Shown here piece after piece: positions 9,100 through 18,747 of a stretch of DNA of 18,747 nucleotides. The notes beneath the pieces are model-generated. The model had not been told where the DNA came from, did no database searches, and saw only the letters and a list, made by a program, of their open reading frames with translations. Source of the stretch: Octopus sinensis (Eukaryota). Location of the stretch: positions 1 to 18,747 of the forward strand of contig NW_021824405.1 in the NCBI RefSeq assembly GCF_006345805.1, in the 5' to 3' direction. A program made the position numbers and the translations under genes. Position 1 is the first letter of the stretch, and each line of letters begins with the position of its first letter.

Positions 9100-9756
9100 G
9101 CGTATAATCCGCATTTTTACCCCAAAATCCCTAGTGCGCATTATATACGAGGTTAAAAATGAAACAGTTTCTAAACAATGTCCGAGTCTCTATTTGCTGT
9201 CCGGCAATGTTTATTCAGACGCATTTTGTGATGTCGGGCGTGAAAATACCCTAAGCTAAGCCTGAAAGCAATGAAGTTATAAAAGAATCATCCATAACTT
9301 GCAGTAAGCAACATTTATTAAACGTTATTACTGTTATTTCTTTATTTTCTGCAAACAAAATGCACAAAAAAGCTACACCTTTGCATTGCGTAATATATAC
9401 AATAATATTAAAGGACTTTACCGTATACAGTTTTACAAACCAAGGACGTTATACAGACCTCCTTGACTGATGTTAGTGAAGGGGTGCGTATTATGCACAA
9501 GGTTTAGGTTTTTCAGAGGTACAGCCCCCTAAAAATCCCCTGCGTATACACGTTTGCATTAGGTAATGTATACAATAATATTAAAGGATGTTACCGTATA
9601 CAGTTTTACAAACCAAGGACGTTATATAGACCTTCTTGATTCAAGTTAGATAAGGGGTGCGTATTATACACAAGGTTTAGGTTTTTCAGAGGTACAAACC
9701 CCTAAAAATCCCCTGCGTATTATATTCAAGGGCGGACTATACTCGAGGATTTACGG
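9100..9756. mobile_element. non-autonomous pogo/Tc2-like DNA element, left end truncated
   Basis: Right end GCGGACTATACTCGAGGATTTACGG|TA; left remnant GCGTATAATCCGC matches its reverse complement at 11/13; repeated GGGTGCGTATTAT motifs. Confidence 0.6.
9380..9720. repeat. 173-bp tandem duplication inside the DNA element
   Basis: TTTGCATT at 9380 and 9553; CCCCTGCGTAT ends at 9547 and 9720. Confidence 0.92.
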
Positions 9757-9798
9757 TAAACATATATCGAAGCACAAACATAAAGCTATCAACAAACA

Positions 9799-9969
9799 GG
9801 CGCAGGAGTGGCTGTGTGGTAAGTAGCTTGTTTACCAACCGCATGGTTCCGGGGTCAGTCCCACTGCTTGGCACCTTGGGCAAATGTCTTCTACTATAGC
9901 CCCGGGCCGACCAAAGCCTTGTGAGTGGATTTGGTAGACGGAAACTGAAAGAAGCCCGTCGTATATATG

Positions 9970-10001
<32 letters not shown>

Positions 10002-10313
10002 AATATATCTATATATAATATATATATATATATATAATTAATATATAATATATCTATATATATTATATATATATATATATATGCGTGTGTGCATGTATGT
10101 TTGTGTGTCTGTGTTTGTGCCCCTAGCATTGGTTGACAACCGATGCTGGTGTGTTTATGTCCCCGTCACTTAGCGGTTCGGCAAAAAGACCGATAGAATA
10201 AGTACTGGGCTTACAAAAGAATAAGACCCGGGGTCGAGTTGCTCGATTAAAGGTGGTGCTCCAGCATGGCCGCAGTAAAAAATGACTGAAACAAGTAAAA
10301 GAGTAAAAGAGTA
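9799..10313 (+). mobile_element. SINE family A, full length
   Basis: Head, internal (TA)n(TG)n, tail ending in repeated AAAAGAGT. Confidence 0.92.
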
Positions 10314-10580
10314 AACACATCATAGAAATATTGGGTAAAGAATCCCTTCGCGATAGAAAAGGTAGAAGGCTGCTTCATCTTTTTCTGGCCAAAGGGGGTT
10401 TTCTCAACCCCATATTTTCATGCTCTCGATTAAATTTTTATGTGGGCTTCAAAAAGGAATAATTCCAGATTCTGTCGAAAGTCTATAAAATTCTTATGAC
10501 ATCAACAATCTATACTTACAGATATATATATGGATTTATTTGTATATAAACATATACACACACTCGTAAATATATGCTTA

Positions 10581-10790
10581 CATGTATGTATGTATGTATG
10601 TATGTATGTATGTATGTATGTATGTATGTATGTATGTATGTGTATGTATGAATGTATGAATGTATGTATGTATGAATGTATTTATATGTATGTATGTATG
10701 TATGTATGTATTATGTATGTATGCATGCATGCTGTATGTATGAATGAATGTATTATATGTATGTATGTATGAATGTATGTATGTATGTAT

Positions 10791-10822
<32 letters not shown>

Positions 10823-10824
10823 TT

Positions 10825-10856
<32 letters not shown>

Positions 10857-10998
10857 TGTATGTATGTATGTATGTATGTGTATGTATGTATGAATGTATG
10901 AATGTATGTATGTATGTATGTATGTATGTATGTATGTATGTATGTATGTATGTGTATGTATGTATGAATGTATGAATGTATGTATGAATGAATGTATT

Positions 10999-11030
<32 letters not shown>

Positions 11031-11140
11031 TTTATGTATGTATGTATGTATGTATGTATGTATGTATGTATGTATGTATGTATGTATGTATGTATGTATG
11101 TATGCATGCATGCATATATGTATGTATGAATGAATGTATT

Positions 11141-11172
<32 letters not shown>

Positions 11173-11192
11173 TGTATGTATAAATGTATGTA
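10581..11192. repeat. long (TATG)n microsatellite with variant blocks
   Basis: Direct reading; source of the CMYV/HTYI ORFs. Confidence 0.97.
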
Positions 11193-11217
11193 TGCACACA
11201 CATGCGCGCACGCAGAT

Positions 11218-11640
11218 TCTTTTATTCTTTTAATTGTTTCAGTTACGTGACTGCGGCCATGCTGGAGCTCCGCCTTAAGAAGTTTTAGTCGAAGAAATCG
11301 ACCCCAGGACTTAGTCCTTGGAAGCCTAGTACTTATTCTATCGGTTCCTTTTGCCGGAGGACGTAAACACACCAGCATCGTTTGTCAAGAGATGGCGTGG
11401 AGAGATAAACATACACACACACACACAAATACACGCACATGCGCACACAAGCACACACGCGCACGCACACACACACGTATATATATATATATTATATTAA
11501 ATTAGAGATAAAACCACTATTAAATTTGATTTGCCTAATAGTGATTTTATCTCTAATTTAATATAAGATATATTTATACTATAAAACTGGATTTAATCCT
11601 AAATCTAATTTTTCCCTGTAAGTTTGGATTTACTCCCTAA

Positions 11641-11688
<48 letters not shown>

Positions 11689-11881
11689 TATTATAAATAG
11701 ATAAGTGTATTTTTACCTTGTTAACAATTAACACGGAAAAATAAATAAATAGTTACCAGGGCAAGAGGAGATTGCATTGTTTATACCATTTATTCTTTTT
11801 AATAGTATCAGTGGAATTTTTGAAACATGTGTCGAGAGTAAAAATATTTGATTACACCTGCGTTAACTCCATTTTTTTATT

Positions 11882-11927
<46 letters not shown>

Positions 11928-12090
11928 TATGACGGGCTTCTTTCAGTTTCCACTTACCAAACCCACTCACAAGGCTTTGGTCAGCTCGAGGCAAATAGCT
12001 GAACATACTTGATCAAGGTGCGACGTAGTGGGACTGAACCCGAACTGGTGTGACTACAAAGCTAGCTTCTTTCCACACACCCACGCCTCA
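11218..12090 (-). mobile_element. old SINE family A split by insertions in its internal microsatellite
   Basis: Diverged tail at ~11218-11400 and head at ~11930-12090 are in the correct order on the minus strand. Confidence 0.65.
11491..11645. mobile_element. short fold-back copy of the element-2 family
   Basis: ATTAAATTAGAGATAAAACCACTATTA inverted against TAATAGTGATTTTATCTCTAATTTAAT; 11575-11645 is the reverse complement of 6245-6318. Confidence 0.8.
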
Positions 12091-12486
12091 AAACTAGAAA
12101 GAAGATAAAAAAACCGGCTGTCATATCAACCTTCTCCTATATTTGTTTATTAATCATTCCTGCTCTAATTTTCGGCAAACGTGTGATATGTCATTACAAA
12201 CCGATCGTAAAGATGTTATCTTGCAAAAGCAATAACCAACGACAGGAACGGTTTACAGCAACATCTGCCAGTCAAACAGCACAATTTTTTGTCAAGATGT
12301 TACCCTATAGATAGTGAGGTTTATTAGTTTTTGTATTAGTGATTTTTGCCCATTGTTCGTGTCAGCGTGTGTGTGTGTGTGTGTGTGGTGTGTGTGTGTG
12401 TGTATGTGTATACGTGTGTCTGTGTGCGCGCTTTGGCATGCAAGACTACCTTTATATGAGCAAATGTATATAAACATAAAGAAACA

Positions 12487-12488
<2 letters not shown>

Positions 12489-12555
<67 letters not shown>
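12489..12555. repeat. (TCTA)n at the LINE 5' junction
   Basis: Direct reading. Confidence 0.95.
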
Positions 12556-12558
<3 letters not shown>

Positions 12559-15500
12559 GACGTCTAGAAGTATTCTTGGGAACGTCTCGTCCTTTACTCT
12601 TAGTGGGGGTTGGAATGCTACCTTGGACACGCATGTAGACTACGTGGGTAGAGACAGAAACAGAAGGGGATGCAAATGCCTCAGAGACCTGCTCAGACGA
12701 TTCCAACTGTCTGACAGGTACCGACTCGACCACCCAAATGCACCAACGTGGACATGGAGCAACCGCAGTGGGTCGTCGAGATCGTATCTAGATAGGATAC
12801 TGTGTAGGACAGTAGACAAGGATAACTTAGGATGTCCACAATTCCACACAGTCAGCTACACGGATCACAAATTGGTGACGTGTACGCTAGACTTAGATAA
12901 GGCACATAGACAGGGTCCTGGGTACTGGAAACTGAACGCCTCATTCCCGTCCAGACAAGTTTTCAGAGACCGGATTAGCACACTAGTAAAGAGGGCTTTG
13001 ACGGGAGCCATCATCACAACAAATGGTGGTTTGCCCTCAAGAGAGCAGTAAAAGCAGAAGCGATTAGGTACAGCAAAGCACTAGCCATAGATAGAAATAG
13101 AGTAGAGGGTGAGCTAGTTAAGAAGCTAGAGAGGCAATTAGAAGCGGCATCGCATCCGACGTTTAGGCGGCGAGGTTGGCCCTCGACCAACACTTCAACG
13201 CCAAACACGAAGGATGTGCTGTCAGAGCTAGGATGCGTGCTCTAAGGAACGAAGGTGTTGGAGCCGCGAGAGAGGCCCGGGTGGCAGAGGCGCAACAGGG
13301 CAACAAAGCCACCATTCGGTCACTGGTAGATGAACAGGGGCGCGAATTGCTCGAGCCAAGTAAAATGTGTGAGGCCTTTCAGCAGCATTTTGCCCGACTG
13401 TTCGGGACGAGTGGAGGGAGGGCAAGAACGTAGGGTGGACTTCAGTGCCTACCTACATAGCCTGCCACGACTCTCGACAAGAAAGGCAGGGTGCTGCGAA
13501 GGTGCCATCACGGCGGCGGAAGTGCAGGAAGCGATAGCAGAATGCTCGAGGGACAAATCACCGGGTTTGGATGGTCTACCCTACGAGTTTTACAATTGTA
13601 TGCCAGACTTGTTTGGAGACGTCTTGGCAGCGGTATACTGCAACTGGCAGCAAAACGGGAGCATACCCGGTTTTGTGAGTCGAGGAGCTGTAACTCTGCT
13701 GAAGAAAGATCAAACAAGGGAAACATTATAGATAACTTTAGACCAATCACGCTGCTCAATGCAGACCTGAAAATTTTGACAAAGGTGTTAGCCAAGAGGT
13801 TGGCGCTTATCATCGAGAAACTGGTCGACAACGCACAAACGTGCGCCGTGCCGGGCCGGAGCATCCATGACAACCTCCATCTGATGCGCTACATCATAGA
13901 CAGGGTAGTTAACGAACCTGGCATGGGTGGGGCCCTGATCAACTTGGATCAATCGAAAGCCTTTGATAGGGTAGACCATCGATACTTGGAGGCAGTCCTG
14001 AGAGCGGCTGGTTTCGGTCCCGTCTTCCGCGGCTGGATAGCTGCCTTGTACAGAGGCATCCGTTCGGTAATTCGCGCGTAAATGGACATCTATCGAGACC
14101 TTTCGACATTGCACGTTCGGTCCGTCAGGGATGCCCCCTCTCGGCGCTTCTATACGTATTGACTCTTGAGCCACCTGCGGAAGCTGGCGACTCTAAGGGG
14201 CATCCCGCGAGAATTGGGATGCGGGACGAGCGTGTCTGCATACGCGGACGACGTCACCGTCATAGTGTCTAGCCACGAGCACATCGAGCGGGTCGGCAAG
14301 ACACTGAAAGACTACGAAGCGGTGACAGGAGCAAAAATCAACCGGGAAAAGTCAGTGGGCTTGCGGCTCGGCACCTGGAGGAGCAAGCCCATGCCGTCCA
14401 CCAGTACCTCCGTCGTGGGACGCTGGACAGACGGCCCGGTTGAGTTGCTCGGGGTCTGGTTCGGTCCGGACTCCAAATGGAGAAGAACTGGAAAACGAGA
14501 TAACGAGTAGGGTGGTCACTCTCGCCCGGCAATGGGCCGAGAGGAAAACTGTCCCTAAAAGGTCGGGCGGAGGTGGTGAACGCGTACATCGCGTCCATCA
14601 TCTACTACCGCCTGACCGTCGTACCTTGTCCCGACCTACCATCACCAAACTAGAACGCATCCTCTTCCGCTTCTTGTGGAAAGGATGCGTCCCGATGGTC
14701 AGGCGATCCATTTGCTGTCAACACCCGTTAAAAGGAGGGCTGGGCATGCCGTGGTTGATGATGCGCAGACACGCGCTGAGACTGCGACATCTCCGGCTCT
14801 ATGTAGACGACGGTGAACAGGTGTGGTCGCCGTTTGTGAGGCACGCATTCCCGCAACTCGTCTCCATGACCGAACTACAGTCGTGGATCAAAAGAGGCCG
14901 AAGAAGGCGAATGGCACCGCGAGTGTCGCGTTGCTCTCAAGCAACTCTGCCGTCCCGGGTCGACCTTGAGTGACTTCAACACAACCAAAGCATTCTATAG
15001 GGGATTAGTGGAGGGGAGTACGACGACGACGAGCTCGGGGCAAACCTGGGCGTCGACGAGGAATACCTGACCCGCCTGTTTCAAACGACTTTCGGCCCGG
15101 GACCTATGGACAACTTCCAGAGATCCCTGGCCTGGCGGTGCTACCGAGAAGCGCTACCCGTTCGGGATAAGCTCTATAGGCATGGCTCGAGAAAGACGGG
15201 GCCGACCTGCCGAGATGCGGGCAGAGCGACGAAACCGCTCTGCACGCAATCGTGCAGTGTCCAGCAATTTCCACCTGTGGGCTTATGTCGAACGACTGCT
15301 GTCACGTGTGGGACGTGTCGGTTTATCAGCCGAGTCTATCGTAATATCGTCACGCCTCCTTCTTTCAAACGGGAAGGAAGAGCTATTTTTATCATACTTG
15401 TGGCTATGGCGAAAGAATGTATCTGGTGGACGCGCCTGAAAGGATTAGAGACAAACACTTTCCTCTCTGGTCAATCTCTCATCAACTTCTTCAAGTATCA

Positions 15501-15625
15501 CTTGAAGAGGAAAGTGAGAGTAGAGAGGCAAGTTTTGTCTAGTGAATGTTTTAAAAAAAGATGGGTGAATTGTAGCAAGGATGGCACGTATGAATGACGA
15601 AGCCACCTTGACTATGATTCTATGA
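12555..15625 (+). pseudogene. LINE ORF2 (APE endonuclease C-half, reverse transcriptase, CCHC finger), frameshifted
   Basis: G(D)WNA, SYLDR, TDHK, GPGYWKLN, KSPGLDGLPYEFY, FRPITLLNAD, DQSKAFDRVDH, VRQGCPLS, YADD, GAKINREKS, and C-x2-C-x8-H-x4-C near 15205-15260. More than a dozen mostly 1-nt indels; inferred stop TGA at 15623-15625. Confidence 0.95.
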
Positions 15626-15992
15626 ACCATAAAAATTAATACAGAGAGTTGCTTATTTGCAAAAAAAAAAAAAAGAAATATAACATGTGACTTCATTGAC
15701 CGAGGTTACCGTGGTCTTTTCCGTAGGCTTTTCTTTCCACGGGTGGTAAACCTCACCTGTCCTCCCCTTTACACTTCATATTGACATTTCTGTGATAACG
15801 ATCCCTATTATTCATTTTTTTTCCTCCCCCCCTTTTTTTAACCCCTCCCCTTTTTTTGGTCCTTTTTCTTTCCTTTTACGATCCCTTTTGATCGAAAACC
15901 ACCACTCTCCTTTTTTTTTTACCCCCAAAAGAAAAGCTCTACCTTGTAATTTGTTCTATGTGTGCAGCCCTGTGTGGCTAATAAAAAGAAAC
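12555..15992 (+). mobile_element. Tx1/L1-clade non-LTR retrotransposon, 5'-truncated within the endonuclease
   Basis: ORF2 remnants followed by a ~365-bp 3' UTR with AATAAA at 15980; AAAGAAACATATCTA on both sides (12478-12492 and 15985-15999). Confidence 0.93.
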
Positions 15993-15995
15993 ATA

Positions 15996-16006
15996 TCTAA
16001 TCTACT

Positions 16007-16041
<35 letters not shown>
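15996..16041. repeat. (TCTA)n at the LINE 3' junction
   Basis: Direct reading. Confidence 0.93.
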
Positions 16042-16045
16042 GTCT

Positions 16046-16445
16046 CGACGACGATCTCGGGGCGAACCTGGACGTCGACGAGGAATACCTATTTCTTTAC
16101 TACCCACAAGGGTCTAAACACAGAGGGGAGGAACAAGGACAGACAAACGGATTAAGTCGATTATATCAACTTCAGTGCGGAACTGGTACTTATTTAATCG
16201 ACCCCGAAATGATGAAAGTCAAAGTCGACCTCGGCGGAATTTGAACTCAGAACGTAACGGCAGACGAAATACCGCTAAGCATTTCGCCCAGCATGCTAAC
16301 GTTTCGGCGAGGAATACCTGACCCGCCTGTTCTAGACGACTGTCAAGCTGGAACCTATAGACAACTTCCAGAGATCCCTGGCCTGGCAGTACTATCGAGA
16401 AGCGCTACCCGTTTAGGATAAGCTCTACAGGCATGGCTCGAGAAA
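16046..16445 (+). mobile_element. second, diverged fragment of the same LINE family, interrupted by a SINE
   Basis: 16046-16090 plus 16320-16445 is collinear with 15024-15194. Confidence 0.9.
16091..16307 (-). mobile_element. B1 SINE, slightly 5'-truncated, with 12-bp TSD
   Basis: CGAGGAATACCT at 16079-16090 and 16308-16319; the homologous LINE site near 15057-15068 has a single copy. Confidence 0.93.
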
Positions 16446-16505
16446 CAGCCATTCAGCTGTAGTATTATGTTGTTCTTGCTTACTCCATATCTTACCCCAG
16501 AAAAA

Positions 16506-16974
16506 CTATTATTATTATAATTATTATTGAGTGAGAGAGCAGTGCATGCCATCAAAGTGACGCTGGGGTAAAATATACGAAGCCCAGTATACCCATCATG
16601 ACTACCCGTCTGATAAGGGTACACCAGGCACATGCATCACAACCATATGTGCGCGACATGGTGACCTCATATTAAGATAAACAGCGCTACCTTGGAGGTG
16701 GGGCCCCAGTTAGAATTTCTTCTGGTCGAGTTGCCCATCCCTCAAAAGGTCCCCGAATAAGGGTTGTTTAAGGATGTTGAAAGAACCACCCCTGTTTCCA
16801 AAGGTGAATTATCCAAAACCCAAAGAATCCTCTCAACACATGGCTATGATGCTCCCCACAACTTCTGCTCGTGATCAGAGATGCACATATCGTCAGCCAC
16901 TAAGGGACATGCTCAACTGGTTAAGGTCAAACAAGTGACAAGCAAATCTGTGGTACTGAGCAGGATATTTGCTG
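16506..16974 (-). mobile_element. interspersed retroposon-like repeat with (AAT)n tail (family D)
   Basis: Minus strand ends CTCTCTCACTC(AAT)n; a second copy starts at 18452. SINE versus LINE 3' UTR is unresolved. Confidence 0.75.
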
Positions 16975-17069
16975 GTTTAGGACGAATCTTATGTTGGCAA
17001 ACAATCTTTACTACAAAGTACTGTTGCTGAATATCTCACGTTGTGAGATTTTAAAATAGTAATTTTCGA

Positions 17070-17136
<67 letters not shown>

Positions 17137-17313
17137 TGCCCTGGTGCAGTACTAGGCAGTGGCTCTCGTGGTTTCTGATCTTAACTGATTCGAAATGTTA
17201 CCATGTACATTGTTTTGTCTTGGTATAAAAGATAAAACAATGTACATGGTAACATTTCGAATCAGTTAAGACCAGAAGCCACGAGAGCCACTGCCTAGTA
17301 CTGCATCAGGGCA

Positions 17314-17374
<61 letters not shown>

Positions 17375-17472
17375 TCGAAAATTCCTAATTTTAAATCTCA
17401 CAACGTGAAATCTTCAGCAGCAGTACTTTGTAGTAAAGATTGTTTGTCAACATAAGATTCGTCCTAAACCAG
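16972..17472. repeat. ~500-bp imperfect palindrome with 7-nt spacer
   Basis: Arms 16972-17221 and 17229-17472, each with an (AAT)n tract; spacer GGTATAA; about ten substitutions between arms. Confidence 0.95.
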
Positions 17473-17547
17473 GACTGCGATGTTATGTAGACAAACAATC
17501 TTTACTACATTATTATTATCATTATTATTATTATTATTATTAGTGAG

Positions 17548-17775
17548 TACGCATGGACTAATGGGTAGGGTGTGGCGTCCACTATCGCTGGATCGTGGTT
17601 TCAATTCCTGGACGGGGTGATGCATTGTTTTCTTGAGCAAAACGCTTCATGTTACGTTTCTCCGCGGTCACCTGGACACCTGTTGTATCACACACCGTGC
17701 ACCTGTTCAGGCAACGTCGATTTGCTAGAGAGAGTAAGCTAATGACCGACGCGAACATTTGATCTCTATAAACAA
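17548..17775 (+). mobile_element. old tRNA-headed SINE (family E)
   Basis: Degenerate A box GCATGGACTAATGGG, B box GGTTTCAATTCC, then TTCTTGAGCAAAACGCTTCA. Confidence 0.55.
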
Positions 17776-17931
17776 ATATCTATGCAAGTCTTTCTGTAAA
17801 AGTTGAACGCTCATATGTCGTTGTCCACCGGAGAGTCTATCGTTTTATGTCTGTCTTTCTATTGTCACCCTCTTCCTTTACTCTGGTGGCAAATAAAAAA
17901 ATAAAAGACATTTTTATCATTATTGCTAATT

Positions 17932-18090
17932 AAGACGGCGACCTGACAGAACTCCGCCGAGGTAGACTTAGCCTTTCATTCTTTTGGGGTCGATAAATTA
18001 AGTACTAGATGAACACTGGGGTCGCTGTAATCGTCTCATCCCCTCCTCAAAATTGCTGCCGTCGTGGCAAAATATAAAACCATTATTATT
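17932..18090 (+). mobile_element. B2 SINE with internal deletion
   Basis: Head GACGGCGACCTGACAGAA joined directly to CTCCGCCGAGGTAGAC; ATT tail. Confidence 0.75.
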
Positions 18091-18101
18091 ATTAATAATT
18101 A

Positions 18102-18300
18102 AAGCGGCGAAATGCTTAACGGTATTTCGTCTGTCGCGACATTCTGATTTCAAATTCCGCCGAGGTCGACTTTGCCTTTCTTCCTTTCGGGGTCGATAAA
18201 TTATGTACCAGTGAAGTACTGAGGTCGATAAGATCGACTTACTTCTCCCACAAAATCTGAAGGCCTTGTGCCGTCAGTAGAAAGGATTATTATTATTATT
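18102..18300 (+). mobile_element. B2 SINE, 5'-truncated
   Basis: Family B body followed by tail GTAGAAAGGATTATT. Confidence 0.8.
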
Positions 18301-18315
18301 ATTATAATTATTATC

Positions 18316-18369
<54 letters not shown>

Positions 18370-18388
18370 TTTATATTATTATTATTAC

Positions 18389-18426
<38 letters not shown>

Positions 18427-18451
18427 TATTATTATTATTATTATTATTATT
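18286..18451. repeat. (ATT)n-(AAT)n-(ATT)n compound microsatellite
   Basis: Direct reading. Confidence 0.93.
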
Positions 18452-18747
18452 GAGTGAGAGAGCAGTGCATGTTATCAAAGTGACATTGGGGTAAAATATA
18501 CGAAGCCCAGTATACCCATCATGACTACCCGTCTGATAAGGGTACACCAGGCACATGCATCACAACCATGTGTGCACATGGTGATCTCATATCAAGATTA
18601 ACAAACGGCACATGACCTTGCGGGTGGGGCCCAGTTAGAATTTTTTTCTGGTCGAGTAGCCCATCCCGCTCAAAAGGTCCCTGAAGAAAGGTTGTTTAAG
18701 GATGTTGAACGAAACACCCCATGTTTTCCAGGGTGAATTATCCAAAA
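18452..18747 (-). mobile_element. second family D copy, cut by the window end
   Basis: Collinear with 16529-16817. Confidence 0.85.

Noticed and set aside
10315-10525. Non-repetitive stretch as a possible exon (also 193-470, 7642-7885, 12100-12350)
   Set aside because: No recognisable protein similarity or convincing splice-bounded frame; cannot be excluded without RNA data.
10530-11378. Overlapping ORFs rich in CMYV/HTYI
   Set aside because: Translations of (TATG)n; no coding signal.
11820-11836. GAAAC-ATGT-GTC half hammerhead
   Set aside because: No CTGANGA or stem II upstream.
13508-14601. Antisense ORFs over the LINE (and over the transposase at 1404-1741)
   Set aside because: Shadow frames of coding-derived sequence.

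Overview
Eukaryotic, AT-rich, almost entirely repeat-derived DNA with no host exon I can support. The SINE families resemble octopus repeats (from recall, not a search). Contents: a 1.6-kb Tc1 (DD34E) transposon with long IR/DR-type TIRs and a dead transposase; a 5'-truncated 3.4-kb Tx1/L1-clade LINE (APE-RT-CCHC) plus a second fragment; a non-autonomous Helitron; a pogo/Tc2-like MITE remnant; at least four tRNA-headed SINE families; an (AAT)n-tailed repeat; and many microsatellites. Three observations stand out. (1) Fold-back elements in (TA)n tracts carry minimal type I hammerhead-ribozyme motifs, one canonical at 6462-6524, suggesting Penelope-like pLTR derivatives. (2) One SINE subfamily has a 3' tail resembling the 3' end of the Tx1-like LINE, is nearly always followed by AGGTRTT, and forms 184-bp head-to-tail arrays, consistent with target-directed insertion into its own family. 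(3) The LINE 5' junctions abut (TCTA)n. Several local inverted duplications, up to a 500-bp palindrome, are also present. Most short ORFs in the track are microsatellite or antisense artefacts.
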